64,000 bases of DNA from Eledone cirrhosa (GCA_964016885.1 OZ024743.1:77686001-77750000), one strand, 5' to 3'; numbered from the stretch's first letter, positions 12,169-26,171 are shown. Made by a program: numbers and translations. Notes: generated from the sequence alone by a model not told the origin.

Positions 12169-15143
12169 GACCAGGTGGAGGGGTGGGTCTGCTAGATTCA
12201 TTGAGGGTAAAAAACGATGTTATAAGCTTTTCTGGGTGGGAAACGACGATGGGCTGGGTGGAGTAGGAATCATGGTAGCAGAAAAGTGGGCAGATAAGAT
12301 AATAGACGTAAATAGAGTGAACGACAGAATAATTAAAATACGATTTGTCCTCAATAGAACTACGGTGACAGTAATATCTGCGTACGCACCCCAATCCGGA
12401 CTGCCCGGCACTATAAAAGACAGATTCTATGAGACACTGATGCTAACTACCTCCCAAATATCCGACAGTGACTATATAATTATTGCAGGCGACCTAAATG
12501 GTCACGTTGGACAACATTGTGACGGCTACGACGAAATCCATGGAGTCTATGGGTTTGGTACTAGAAATGAGGAAGGCTCCAGAATCCTGGAATTCTGTGA
12601 TGCAAATAACCTAACTATCTGTAACACTAACTTCAAAAAACGTGACAATCACCTGATCACCTATAGATCCGGGGAACACACAAGCCAGGTAGATTATATC
12701 CTTACCAGAAGACGTGACAGAGTGTCTGTTGTAAACACTAAATCCCTCCCCCATGAAGAATGCACCTCCCAACATAGACTGATAATTAGCGACCTCATAG
12801 TCAGGAGGAGACGTACTCGACAGCAGAAGAGGACTATCCTCAGGAGAAAAATATGGAAGCTAAAGGACCCCACAGCCAGGAATAAATTTCAAAGCATATT
12901 ACTTGATGCTTTCGACAGTAAGGAAGAACATTTAGAGTCGGACAATATAGAGGGAGAGTGGGAATTTCTGAAAGCAAACCTGCTGTTGGCGACAGACGAA
13001 GTCTGTGGCTGGAGCAGGCCTGTAGGCAGGAGGAGAGTAACATGGTGGTGGAACAGTAAGGTGGAGGGGTCAATTAAGGCCAAAAAGCAGGCTTGGAAAG
13101 TATGGCGGGATGGGGGAAGTAGAGAAGACTATCAAGTGGCCAGGAGGGAAGCTAGGAGACAAGTGTACTTAGCAAGAAGGGAAGCTGAGGAAAGAAAGTT
13201 CAAGCATGTTCTACAACGCGATGACCAAAAACGTGAGGTGTTCAGGATTGCTAGGCAATGCGTCAAGGAAAACCGTGATATTGTCGGGGAGAAGTGTGTA
13301 CTAAACGACGATGGCACACTTGCCATCACCGACGCTGATAAGAAGGTAGCTTGGAAGTGTCACTATGAAAGGCTACTAAATGAGGAGAATAAATGGGAGA
13401 AAGACAGTCTCCCCCATATCGACCCAATAGAGGGACCAGCAGTGTTAGTCGAGGGGAGTATAATAAGTAAGGCAATCAAGGATATGAAGACGGGTAAGGC
13501 GGCTGGGCCTTCGGAAATAGTTGCTGAGATGCTGAAGGCATCTGGCACGGTGGGACACACCATGGTCACCCGTATAGTTAACCAAGTCGTACAGAATGGG
13601 GTTGTTCCGAAAGACTGGCATAGCAGCATCATCGTTAACTGTTATAAGGGTAAAGGAGACGCCCTAGATAGGAGTAACTATAGAGGCATTAAATTAATCG
13701 ACCAGGTCATGAAGGTCACGGAAAAAGTAATAGCACAACTAATCAGAGAGAGAATTGACCTAGATGAAATGCAGTTCGGGTTTGTGTCAGACAAAAGTAC
13801 CACAGACGCTCTTTTCATTGTACGACAACTACAGGAGAAGTACCTAGCTAAAGGTAAAGCCCTCTACTTAGCTTTTGTCGACTTGGAGAAAGCCTTCGAC
13901 AGAGTCCCCCGCTCCATTATCTGGTGGGCTCTTAGAAAACTAGGCGTTGACGAATGGCTTGTGAGAGCTATACAAGCCATGTATAAAGAAACAGTCAGCA
14001 AGGTTAGAATTAACAACGAATATAGTGAAGAGTTTAGCGTAAAAGTTGGCATCCATCAGCTCCCTACTATTTATTATTGCCCTTCAGGCTATAACAGAGG
14101 AGTTCAAGACCGGCTGCCCATGGGAACTCCTATACGCAGACGACCTGACACTCATAGCGGAATCAATGGCCGAGCTAGAGAAGAAATTCCAAACATGGAA
14201 GCACGGCCTAGAATCAAAAGGCCTTAAAATTAACCTGGCTAAGACTAAAGTTCTAGTTTGTAGGAAAGAAAATAAGGCGGCGGTCCCTTCTGGGAAATGG
14301 TCGTGCTCGGTGTATAGGAAAGGCGTAGGTAGAAACTCCATTTTATGTCCTAAATGCAAAGTATGGGTGCATAAAAGATGTAGTGGGATCACAGGTAAGC
14401 TAACTAAGAACATAGATTTTACATGTGGCCGGTGCTCTGGTGCAATAAGTAGCAGCAAGTGCCCACAAAATACTAGCTCTTTCAATTGCGCAGAGGGTTC
14501 TATAGAAATAGTGGACAGTTTCCGTTACCTGGGTGATAAAATCAGCAGTGGGGGAGGGTGCTCTGAAAGTACAGTAGCTAGAGTCAGAACTGGTTGGAAA
14601 AAGTTCAGAGAGCTTATACCACTATTAGCTGCTAAAGGGTTCTCCCTAAAAATGAAAGGCAGGTTGTACGATGCCTGCATACGAACAGCAATGTTGCATG
14701 GCAGTGAGACCTGGGCATTGTGTGCAGAGGATATACGCAGACTAGAGAGGAACGAAGCTTGCATGCTCCGCTGGATGTGTAACAGTAATATACGTGAACG
14801 GCAAAGCATAAACGAACTAAGGAAAAAATTAGAAATAAGAGGGATCAGATGTTGTTTACTCGAGAGAAGGCTACGTTGGTATGGACACGTGATGCGCATG
14901 AAAGTCGATAGCTGTATAACAAAGTGCAGGGCAATAAAGATAGACGGTAGCCACAGAATAGGCAGACCTAGAAAAACCTGGGACGAGCTGATAAACTCCG
15001 ACCTCACACACTTACACCTCTCCAAGACAATGTCACTGGACCGAGACCTTTGGCGGTACTCAGTAACAGAGAAGACCCGCCTTACCTAAATACATAGTAA
15101 AACCTACTACAGCCAGTAGGCATCTAACAAAATACCCCCCTTC
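12169..15143 (+). mobile_element. RTE LINE family A, 5'- and 3'-truncated, frameshifted near 14050
   Basis: APE motifs (SAYAPQ, AGDLNGHVG, QVDYIL) and RT motifs (FVDLEKAFD, LYADD) in ORFs 12143-14227 and 14046-15089. Confidence 0.95.
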
Positions 15144-15959
15144 TGTGTCAGTGGCCCAACTCCATCAAACATCTCGAATACTACAGGCTGGAAAAAATAA
15201 TTGTTTGATAGTTCGTGGTATTTTCGGATTTTATTCCATTCAGCAGGGAAGCAGTGACCTTCACATTTACCACAGTATCTATGATGTGGGAGGAAACAAA
15301 AGAATCACTGAAAGAATTGTGAACAATTTGTAATGTTATTTATACAACTGTGTATAAAAGAAAATGTGAACATGTTAATTCTTATGCAAACATCTACTTT
15401 ATTATTTATAGACTATCATATTAGGTTTAACCCTTTTGTGACCTGTTTGAAGCTGTCTCTGGTTCTATCATACTGCCCATTTTAATATATACATATCTAT
15501 TTTAAAATCTTACCTCATAATATTTAAAAAGTTTTTAGTAACCTTCCAAACATCAACTTAATAATGAAAATGATTGTCATTTTTTAAAATCTCTCCAAAT
15601 GTTATATTATTTTGAAAATTATTTGAAAACCATAGACAGTATCTTTCATTAAAAATTTAAGAGACCAAACACTTGCTTAATGGGGGTTTTTTTTTCTCTG
15701 AAGATCTGCTGTCCAGCTATCATTGGGGATTGTCCGGCTGCTTCCTATTCACACTGGTTGCTGTCAAGATCTCAGGTATACTTGGACCCTATACTGCCAA
15801 GCTCCTCCGCAAGATTGGAACGTCAGCAGACTGTCTGAAGAAGGAGCCACATGAGGTGGGGGTGGCTACTGCAGCGGGTGTCTCTGGCCATTGTCTGCGA
15901 AAATGCTTTTGTGGCCTTGTCTGCGGGACTAGCCCCAAAACTGCCATAGTAGGTGATAT

Positions 15960-16435
15960 CATCCAGTCGGTCTTTGCTACTTATTGCACCTGAGCATCAG
16001 CCACATATAGAATCTACATTCTTAGATAGCTTACCTGTGATCCCACTACATCTTTTATGTACCCATAGTTTGCATTTGGGACACAGAATGGAATTTCTGC
16101 CTACTCCTTTCCTACACACTGAGCATGGCCATTTCCCAGAGGGCACCTGTGCCCTACTTTCCTTTCTACATACTAGAACTTTAGTCTTAGACAAGTTAAC
16201 TTTAAGGCCTTTTGATTCTAGGCCATGCTTCCATGTTTGGAACTTCTCTGGTTCAGCCATAGATTCAGAGTGAGATCATCTGCATATAGAAGTTCCCATG
16301 AGTAGCTGTTATAGCCTAAAGGGCAATAATAAACAGGAGGGGGCTAAGGATGGAGCCTTGAAGAACACCGACTTTTATGCCAAATTCTTCACTATATTCA
16401 TTGGTAATTCTAACCTTGCTGAGTGTTTCTTTATA
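15960..16435 (-). mobile_element. RTE LINE RT fragment
   Basis: ORF 15997-16260 is homologous to the RTE Cys-rich region. Confidence 0.85.
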
Positions 16436-16616
16436 CATGTTGTGCATATATGTATGTATATATATATATATGTATGTATGGATATGTATATATATATGTG
16501 TATGTATGGATATGTATGGATATGTATATATATATATATATGTGTATGTATGGATATGTATATATGTGTGGATATGTATGTATGGATATGTATATATATA
16601 TATATATATGTATGTA

Positions 16617-18725
16617 TATCATCAGCATCATCATTCTATGTCCGCTTTTCCCTGCTTGCAAGGGTGGGACGGGTTTTATTCAGCACAGCATCTCTCCACT
16701 TGTCACGGTCCTTTGTCATCTCCACCGAGAGCTTCAGCGATCTGAGGTCTGTTCTCACCACCTCCGCCAATGTTTTTCGTGGTCTACCTCTACTGCGTCT
16801 TCCTTCCACTGGGATTTCTTAGCACTTCTTTACCCATCGGTCATCCTCTATGCGCATCACATGTCTATACCTCCGCAGTCTCCTCTCTCGCACACTTCAT
16901 TCTATCCCTCTCAGACACAGTTTCTCTCTCAACACATCCATGCTGGGTCGTTCACGCACATTGACATTGCACATCCAACGGAGCATGCTTGCCTCATTTC
17001 TCTCCAGCCGTCGCATATCCTCTGCAGTTGCTACCCATGTCTCACTACCATGCAACATCGTGCTTCTCACACAGGCATCATATAACTGGCCTTTCTTATG
17101 CAGGGAGAAACCCTTCTTCGTCATCAGAGGAAGCAGCTCCTTAAACTTCTTCCAACCCGTCCTTATTCTAGATACTATTTCTGCATATCAAACATGGCCA
17201 TTTCCCTGACAGAATCAGCTTTGTCCTCTTTTCTACTCATCAACACTTTTGTCTTAGCTAGGTTCACTCTCAGTCCTCTTGCTTCCAACTGCTGTTTCCA
17301 TAGCCAGAATTTTTTCTCTAGCTCCTCTACTGATTCTGCTATAAGAACCAGATCGTCAGCATAGAGAAGTTCCCATGGACAGCCAGTCTTAAACTCCTCT
17401 GTTATGGCATGGAGGACTATAATGAACAAGAGTGGGCTGAGGACTGAACCTTGATGTACTCCTACTTGTATCTGGAATTCCTCACTAAACTCCATTCCTA
17501 CCCAGACTTTACTGACAGCTCCTCTGTACAAAGTTTGCACTGTCCTCACAAGCCATTCCTCAACACCTAGCTTCCTTAGGGACCACCAGATGACAGATCA
17601 GGGTAACCTATCAAAGGCCTTCTCTAGGTCAACAAAAGCTTATTCTTCTCTAAGAACCTAGAAGAGGGCATCTGTTGTACTTTTCCCAAGCATCTCATCT
17701 AGTTTGACCCTTTCTCTAATTAGTTGTGCTAATATCCTTTCTGCCACTTTCATAACCTGATCTATCAGTTTTATACCCCTATACTTGCTCCTCTCCAGAG
17801 CATCCTCTTTACCTTTGTAGCAATTTATGAGAATACTGCTGCACCAGTCTTTGGGTATGACACCACCATATATAGCCTGATTGATGATGTGTGCAACCAG
17901 TTTAGTGCCTACGTCCCCTGCTGCCTTCAGCATCTCAGCAACTATCCCCGACGGTTCAGCAGCCTTACTATTTTTTCATTTCCTTAATCACCTCTTGGAC
18001 CCTATATTCGTCTACTGAGGGTAATTTCTCTCTCTCCCATTCGTTAGTCTCTCATAATGACATTTCCAGGCCTCCTTTTTCTGATCATTCGTGACACTAA
18101 GTATACCGGCATCATTCCGGACACATTTATCTCGAACAACATCCTGATTTGCATTGGCACACTGCCTTGCAATGTGGAACACCGCACGCCTCTGATCTTC
18201 CCGTCGCAGAACATTGGCAAACCTCCTACTCTCAGCCTCCCTGCGTGCTAAGTACACCTGATGTCTAGCTTCTCTCTTAGCTGCTGTATATCCTTCTCTA
18301 CTCCCACCCTTTTTCCAAGCCTTCCATGCTAGTCTTTTGTCTCTAATGGCCCTATCTACTGTGCTGTTCCACCACCAGGTCACTCTCTGTCTGGTTGGAG
18401 CTCTGCTCCAGCCACAAGTTTCATCAGTAGCCTGCAGCAAGTTGTCACGTAAGAATTCCAGTTATTATCTATGTCATACGTCTCTAAATCGTCTTCTTTT
18501 TCGTCATATACATCTTGAAGGGCTTTCCTAAATTTGTATTTTAGTGAAAGGTCTTTTAGCTTTCAGACTTTTCTTCTCCACACCTTCCTGTATGTCTCAT
18601 TCCATCTCTTGCTTACTGAGATATCACTAACGACTAACCTATGCTGTGGACTAACCTATGCTGTCTGTCCCGCTGCCTAACTAGTAAGAAGTCAATCTGG
18701 CTCGCCTGATTTGTAGGTTATTAGG
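16617..18725 (-). mobile_element. RTE LINE family B, decayed
   Basis: ORFs 18012-18440 (TWWWN), 17175-17549 (GVHQGSVLSP, LYADD), 16897-17124; (CAT)n tail at ~16620. Confidence 0.9.
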
Positions 18726-18782
18726 TGGTGGTGGATGGTATCATATATGTATGTATATGTGTATATATATATGTATATGTAT

Positions 18783-20130
18783 ATGGAGTGAAACCGGGGG
18801 ATATTCCAGCACTGACCCTATTTGCCATATACTTTGCAATGGTTTTCTGTATTGCATTCAGGAATTGTGAGCATGGTGTTTACATCCGATACCGAACCTC
18901 AGGCAGCATATTTAACATCAGGCGCTTTGCTGCAAAGACAAAAGTATTTACATCAATCATAAGAGAGCTCTTGTATGCAGATGATTGCGATCTTGTAGTG
19001 CACAGTGATATGCAACACATTTTGAATGCATTTTCTGATGCTTGCACTGCTCTAGGATTGACTGTCAGTCTCAAGAAAACCGTCATGTACCAACCTGCCC
19101 CTGGTAAGCAGTACAGTGAACCAAATATCTATGTGTATGGTAAACGACTTGGAGTGGTTGATCAGTTTGTCTACCTGGGAAGCACTGTCAATCGATACAG
19201 CAAACTTGATAGTGAAATCTCACTTAGGATTAGGAAAGCTTCGGAAAGCTAGAAAGGCGACTCTGGGGTCGGCGAGACATATGCAAGAAGACAAAGGTAA
19301 AGGTATACAAGGCATGTGTGATCTCTTCTCTTCTTTATGCCTGCGAGACCTGAGTCACATCGGCACCACCTTAAGCAATTGGAGCGTTTCCATCAGATGT
19401 CTCAGACGGATCCATGGCGTTCACTGGAGGGACCACATCAGTGATGTCGAGATTTTGGAAAGCTCTATGTATGACAGTATAGAAGCTCTTGTGCTTAAGC
19501 AACGACTCTGTTGGAGTGGTCACCTTGCCAGGATGAAGGATTCTAGAATACCAAAATAACTCTTTTATAGAGAGTTAGTTAAAGGAAAACGACCACCACA
19601 TAAACCAAAAAAGAGGTATAAGGATTCCTTGAAAGCCTCTTTGAAAGACGCTAACATCTCTGCTGATACATGGGAAAATATTGCGGCTGATCGTAATAAA
19701 TAGAGAAAGGCTGTATATGAGGGAAAAGTCGCCTTTGAGGCATCTCGAATAGCATACGAGAAAGTAAAGCGGGATGTGAGGAAGGGCATTGCTGTTGCAC
19801 TTCCAGACGACGAAGGTCCTCCTATGATACTGACATGCAGCGTCTGTGCGAGACTCTGCCTAAGCAAAGCTGGACTCGAAAGTCATCTTTGCAGTCATAA
19901 AGTAAGACCAGTGGTTGACTACAAGGCTGCTGTTGGAGATGCTACTCATCATGCTTGCCAAGCATGTGGTCGAGAATGTAAATCAGCAGGTGGGATCAAA
20001 CGACATGCAAAAGTACATGAACTCCAACCACAGCCGGCTATTCCCAGTGAATGTTTTGGTTGCCGACTCTGTGCAAGACATTTTAGATCATTGGGTGGGC
20101 TAAAAAGCCACATTCGATCGCAGCGCTGTT
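18783..20130 (+). mobile_element. BovB-like RTE LINE 3' half with C-terminal C2H2 zinc fingers
   Basis: GVKPG...LLYADD...FVYLGS; C-terminal CxxC...H fingers in ORF 19776-20132. Confidence 0.8.
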
Positions 20131-20252
20131 AGTTGATATCGTGTGTGTGTGTGTGTGTGTATAGATATGTTTGTGTGTGTGTGTATATATATATATGTAT
20201 ATTATTATTGTTGTTGTCGTTATTATTATTGTTATTATTATTGTTATTAATA

Positions 20253-20307
<55 letters not shown>

Positions 20308-20382
20308 CCTCGTGCAATGGTCATACTCGATAACGAGGGGGCAGCCATCATATGTATGTATGTATATACATATGTATATATA

Positions 20383-20429
<47 letters not shown>

Positions 20430-20700
20430 TCTAGATTTCCAGAGGAGGGCACAACCCTCCCACATTTTACTTTCAAATATGCACATTTGGACTCACCAAA
20501 ATTCATTCTGATGTCTGCAGAAAATTGTGTATGTATGTGTGTGTGTGTATGTATGCGTAAATATGTGTTTGTGTATTTATATATATTGTGTATTTATATG
20601 TATTTATATATATTGCGTATTTATATATATTGCGTATTTATATATATTGTGTATTTATATATATTGTGTATTTATATATAGATGTGAACTTTATTTTCAG

Positions 20701-20847
20701 CATGTGAGCAACAAGTTGAAATTTGTGGTAAAACTGTCAATTGTAAAAATAACTTAGTATACAAAAAGTGTGAAGTAGCACATGTCAATATTACATTGAC
20801 ATGTAATGACACACTAAAATGGCACCCCGACTCCATATGCCCAAAAG
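20701..20847 (+). CDS. Exon B of host membrane-protein gene (6 Cys)
   Basis: ttattttcag acceptor, gtaaaa donor, 147 nt phase 1-1, open: CEQQVEICGKTVNCKNNLVYKKCEVAHVNITLTCNDTLKWHPDSICPK. Confidence 0.75.
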
Positions 20848-21959
20848 GTAAAATATTTTTTATTACCTTATTTCATCATCATGTAATGTCTATTTCTGCA
20901 TGCTTTCATGTGTTTTTGTGGTTGGATTTGTTACTGAATTAGAGTTACTATGCTCATAGATAAGGGGGAGAATGTCACTCTTAATACATCTTCATTTGTT
21001 GACATATTTTCTATGGCTGGATGTTCTGTCTAATGTCAACCATCTTACAGAATACACTAGCTACATTTTCTCATGGCATTAGTACTATAGTCATGTCCTT
21101 GATCTGTCTAAAGAGTTCACTCTATCATTTGTTGACATATTTTCTATGGTTGGATGCCATTCCTAATGTCAACCCTGTTATATACTAAGATATAGTTGTT
21201 GGCTATCATAATATCTGGTTGTAGATATTAGATATTGATGATTCATTCAACTGATGTTTTTCTTATATTCTACATTGCCGTAGTTGACTCTGAGCTCAAC
21301 TAAACCAGTTCCGAGCAAACTTTGGTCTGTTGCATTTGAAATCTTTGTCTTTATGGCCAACAACAACAACTAAACTTATCAGCAGAGAAGGTTCTGAAAA
21401 CATCCCTTTTTTCTTTTTTTTCTTCTTTAGTATTCAAAAAAAATATTACATTAAGGTTTGTCATTATCTGAATCATTTAACGTCCATTTTCCCTGCTAGC
21501 AAAGGTTGGCTGAGTTACTAAAGACCAAGTCAGTATTTAGAGCTACTGACCTCTTAGACAGGCCAGGGTCTGATTCTTGCTTACATACATTCCCACATTT
21601 TACATAGTGTACTTGCTGCATTTTATATCACCAGCACTAGAGAGGTTGTCATGTTTTTGATATAGTTGAAAAGTCCTCTTGACCCATTATAAGCATTTAA
21701 TATGAAATAAAATAAATGTTTTTTTACTGATGATATAAAGATGAACTTAAAGAGCAGTCATTTTCTTTGTCATAATATCATTTAATTCTGTTGATAAAAC
21801 TATTTCTCTTAACTTGCACTAGGATCAGAAGGACTGGGAGCACTATTTTACTGTCCTTTCTGATTCTATATGTTAATGGCATGTTTATCACTTCTTTCAA
21901 TTATATCTGATCCATATTATTTGAGTGTAATTTACTAAATGGATACAATTTTGTCTCAG

Positions 21960-22133
21960 ATAACACAACCAACAATATAACACACCAAGAACATGGAAAA
22001 GAATTAAAAGGTGTATCAACAGGTGTATCAACAGGTGTATCAACAGGTGTATCAACAGGTGTATCAACAGGAGGAGTAATAGGAGGAGTAATAGGAGGAG
22101 TAATAGGAGGAGTAATGCTATTGGGACTTATAT
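21960..22133 (+). CDS. Exon C: stalk plus most of the transmembrane helix
   Basis: ttttgtctcag acceptor, gtaagt donor, 174 nt phase 1-1: DNTTNNITHQEHGKELK(GVST)5(GGVI)3GGVMLLGLI. Confidence 0.8.
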
Positions 22134-22686
22134 GTAAGTGTAGTTTTATTTAATATATCTCTTTTAACTACAAATATTGTTACTTATTAAACTAATTATT
22201 CATTAATATAAAGGATTATCTTAAACTGTGCAATGTGAATCAATAGACGGTGTATAATTATGTCATTTGATAGTCTACTATCTCTTGGGAAATTTTGACC
22301 CTGAGCAAGATGTTTGGATAACATTCATGAGCTTGCCTGTTTCACTTGAGGATCCAGGCAAATCAGTTGGAGATGGTTGCTTCTGACAGGACGGAGTGTT
22401 TGAGGACTCTGCCCTCACAACCCTCTCAGGAAGAAAAAGAAGAACCACCACCAATGTAAATAACTATAAATAATATTTGAAAAAATTGGACAATGTACCC
22501 TTGCAGACAAAAAGTAGGCAGAAATTCCTGCAATAGATGGCAAACAGTGGTCAAGACTTCTTAATGGTTATTGCACACGCTAAGCCTCTGAAAAATGTAT
22601 GGTTCAATTCCTCACATGTGTCTCTTAGAGTTACTAAGCTCTCACTGTCATCTGAAAAATAACTTATTGTATCTTTATCTTTTCAG

Positions 22687-22710
22687 ATATAGTGTACTAC
22701 TACTATAAGA
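22687..22710 (+). CDS. Exon D: 24-nt micro-exon completing the TM helix
   Basis: ctttatcttttcag acceptor, gtaagt donor, phase 1-1: YIVYYYYK. Confidence 0.75.
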
Positions 22711-23119
22711 GTAAGTCTTATTTCATTATTATGATTTAAACTAATTAAGTTCTTAAATCTAATTTTTTAATTGTTTTGCCACTAGTGTGGACTGGGCGCT
22801 CTGTCGTTACACCTACACAACCACTTTACAGCTGCTGCTTCTCTGAATTGAGAGATCACAGCTCTGTTACTATGGCCATCTGGTTAGAATGTCTAAGGAA
22901 TGAATTACTGGTCAGATTTTACAGGCAAAACCAACAAGCATGAGACCCAGGGATAGACCCCGAACAAGATGGTTGGATAAGATCCATGAGCTTGGTTGGC
23001 CACGCTTGGGGATCCAGCTGGATCAGTTGGATATGGTTGTTTCTGACAGAACCTGCTAGGAGTGTTTGAGGACTCTGCCCCCATGACCCCCTCAGGAATA
23101 AGTGGGTGAAGAAGAGAAC

Positions 23120-25605
23120 CCTATGACAGTAAAGAAGAGCATTGGGAGTTCCTGAAAGATAATCTACTGAAGGTGACAGACGAGATCTGTTGTTGGAGCA
23201 AGACTACAGAGAGAAGGAGAGTGACTTAGTGGTGGAACAATAAGGTAGATGTGACAATTAAGACCAAGAGACATGCATGGAAACAATGGAAGAATGGGGG
23301 AAGCAGGGTATACTATATAGAAGCCAGGAGGGAAGCTAAGCAACAAGTATACTTAGCAAGGAGGAAAGCAGAGGACAAAAAATTCAAGCATGTTTTGCAG
23401 TATGAGGATCAGAAACAGGAGTTCAGGATTGCGAGGCAGTGTGTTACAGAAAATTGCAATGACGTTAGTGGAAAATGTGACCGGGATAAAGGTGCACTTG
23501 CCCTCACAGGTGCTGAAGAACCATTATGAAAGATTACTGAATGAGGAGAATGCATGGGAGAAAGAGACCCTATTCCAAGTGGACCCTACAGAGGGATTAG
23601 TAATACAAGTCAGCAGCAGTGTAGTAAGTAAGGCAATTAAAGATATGAAGACCAGGAAAGCAGCCAGTCCATCGAGAATAATTACCGAGATGCTAAAAGC
23701 ATCTGGATCGGTAGGTCACGGAATAATTAAAAAAGACTAGTTCTAAATAGAACTGTGACAATAATATCTGCTTATGCACCCCAATCTGGCCTACTTGACG
23801 TTATAAAAGACAGGTTCTATGAGTCGCTAATACTCACTACCTCACAAATAACTGACAGTGACTACATAATTATTGCTGGCAACCTTAATGGTCATGTTGG
23901 ACAAAATTGTGATGGCTATGACGGAATCCATGGAGGTTATGGGTTTGGTACTAGAAATGAGGAAGGCTTCAGAATCCTGGAATTATGTGATGCTAATAAC
24001 TTAACTATCTGTAACACAAACTTAAAAAAACGAGACAATCACTTGATCACCAATAGATCAGGGGAACACGCCAGCCAGATAGATTATATCCTTACTAGAA
24101 GACGTGGCAGTGTCTGTTATAAACACTAAATCCCTCCCCCGTGAAGAATGCACCTCCCAACATAGTCTCATAGTCAGGACTAGACGTACTCGACGACAGA
24201 GGAGGACTACCTTGAGGAGAAGAATATGGAAGTTAAAGGACCCCACAGCCAGTAACAAATTTAAAAGCATATTACTTGATGCTTTTGACAGTAAGGAAGA
24301 GCAATTAGAGACGTACAGACGAACTGAGGGAATTCTTGAAAGTTAACCTGCTGAAGGCAACAGAGGAAATCTGTGGCTGGAGCAGACTTATAGGCAGGAG
24401 AGTAACTTGGTGGTGGAACAGTAAGGTGGAAAAGACAATCAGGGCCAAAAAGCAGGCTTGGAAAGTATGGTGGGATGGGGGCAGTAGAGAAGACTATCAG
24501 GTGGCTAGGAGAGAAGCTAGGAGACAAGTGTACTTTGCAAGAAGGGAAACAGAGGATAGTAAGTTCAAGCATATTCTACGTGAGGACCCAAAACATGAGG
24601 TGTTCAGGATCGCAAGACAATGTGTCAAGGAAAACCATGATATTGTCGGGGAGAAGTGTGTCCGTAATGATGATGGTATACTTGCCTTCACTGATACTGA
24701 TAAGAAGGTAGCTTGGAAGTGTCACTACGAGAGACTACTAAATGAGGAGACTAAATGGGAAAAAGATAGTCTGCCCCAAATCAATGCAATGGAGGGACCA
24801 GTGGTGCAAGTTAGTGGTTGTATAATAAGTAAGGCAATCAAAGATATGAAGACAAGCAAGGCAGCTGGGCCTTTGGAGATAGTTGCTAAAATATTGAAAG
24901 CATCTGGAATGGTGAGACATATTGTGGTCACCCGGATAGTAAACCAGGTAATACAGAATGGGGTCATACCAAATGACTGGCGTAGCAGCATCATTGTTAA
25001 CTGCTACAAGGGCAAAAGAGATGCTCTATACAGAGGAAACTATAGAGGCATTAAGTTAGTTGACCAGGTCATGAAGGTCACAGAAAGAGTTATAGCACAA
25101 CTAATCAGAGAGTGAATTGATCTAGATGAAATGCAGTTTGGGTTTGTGTCAGGTAAAAGTACCACGGATGCTCTTTTCCTTGTATGGCAACTACAGGAAA
25201 AGTACCTAGCTAAAAGTAAACCCCTGTACTTAGCTTTTGTTGACTTGGAGAAAGCCTTTGACAGTCCCACGCTCCATTATCTGGTGGGCCCTTAGAAAAC
25301 TAGGAGTAGATGAATGGCTTGTGAGAGCTATACAAGCCATGTATAAAGAAACAGTCAGCAAGGTTAGAATTAACAATGAATATAGTGTAAAAGTAGGTAT
25401 TCATCAAGGCTCCATCCTTAGCCCCTCTTGTTTATTATTGCCCTTCAAGCTATAACAGAGGAGTTCAAGACTGACTGCCCATGGGAACTTCTATATGCAG
25501 ATGATCTAACTCTGAATCTATGGCTGAACTAGAGAAGAAATTCCAAACATGGAAGCATGGCCTAGAATCAAAAGGCCTTAAAGTTAACTTGTCTAAGACT
25601 AAATT
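23120..25605 (+). mobile_element. Two juxtaposed decayed RTE LINE pieces
   Basis: ORFs 23251-23740, 23755-24129 (APE), 24336-25115 and 25237-25455, with stops and frameshifts. Confidence 0.9.
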
Positions 25606-25930
25606 CTGGAAAGATATATATATATGTGGTCCCACCCTTGCAAGCAGGGAAAATCATCATCATTTTACATCCGCTTTTCCCTGCTTGCAAGGGTGGGACG
25701 GAACTGATTCTGGCTTGATTTTTACAGCTGGATGCCCTTCCTAACACCAACCTCATTTACAGTGAGTGCTGGGTGCTTTTTTGCCGTGGCACCTCCACGA
25801 CCACTTTGCAGTGGAATAATAGGGACCCCAGTCCCTATCATCTCATTTCTACAGCTGAGTAAACTGGAGCAATGTGAAATAAAGTGTTTTGCTCAAGGAA
25901 ACAACGCGGACGTAAAATGAAATGATGATG

Positions 25931-25966
<36 letters not shown>

Positions 25967-25967
<1 letters not shown>

Positions 25968-26167
25968 GTAGGTCCCGGGTTGAGTCGGGGATAACCACAG
26001 TAAGTAAGGTACTCAATACATGGCAGAGTAAAATTTTTTTATTTTATAGAAGGAGCTTCTACAGGACTAGTACTGTTTCATTCAGATGAAAACTTCAGAT
26101 GAGCTTCCTGAAGATTTCATCTGAATGAAACAGTACTAGTCCTGTAGAAGCTCCTTCTATAAAATAA

Positions 26168-26171
<4 letters not shown>
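25967..26171. mobile_element. Miniature fold-back PLE-type insertion in (TA)n
   Basis: ~64-bp inverted arms 26035-26098 / 26108-26171 plus a ~68-bp unique tail; contains an HHR. Confidence 0.7.
26101..26153 (+). ncRNA. Type I hammerhead ribozyme
   Basis: gagcttc-CTGAAGA-tttcatctgaat-GAAA-cag tactagtc ctg-TA-gaagctc; 7-bp stem I, stem III ACAG/CTGT, GUA cleavage triplet. Confidence 0.75.

Noticed and set aside
14084-15025. Antisense ORFs over RTE copies
   Set aside because: They are shadow frames of the RT coding strand that recur only because the element is repeated.
15226-15335. Apparent exon after ttccattcagcag (QGSSDLHIY...)
   Set aside because: It is homologous to 10700-10790, so it is a dispersed repeat, and the phase-1 frame needed to join the gene has a stop.
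20430-20530. Possible extra exon ([11 protein letters not shown]...)
   Set aside because: There is no polypyrimidine tract, and its start resembles 55890-55920, suggesting a repeat end.
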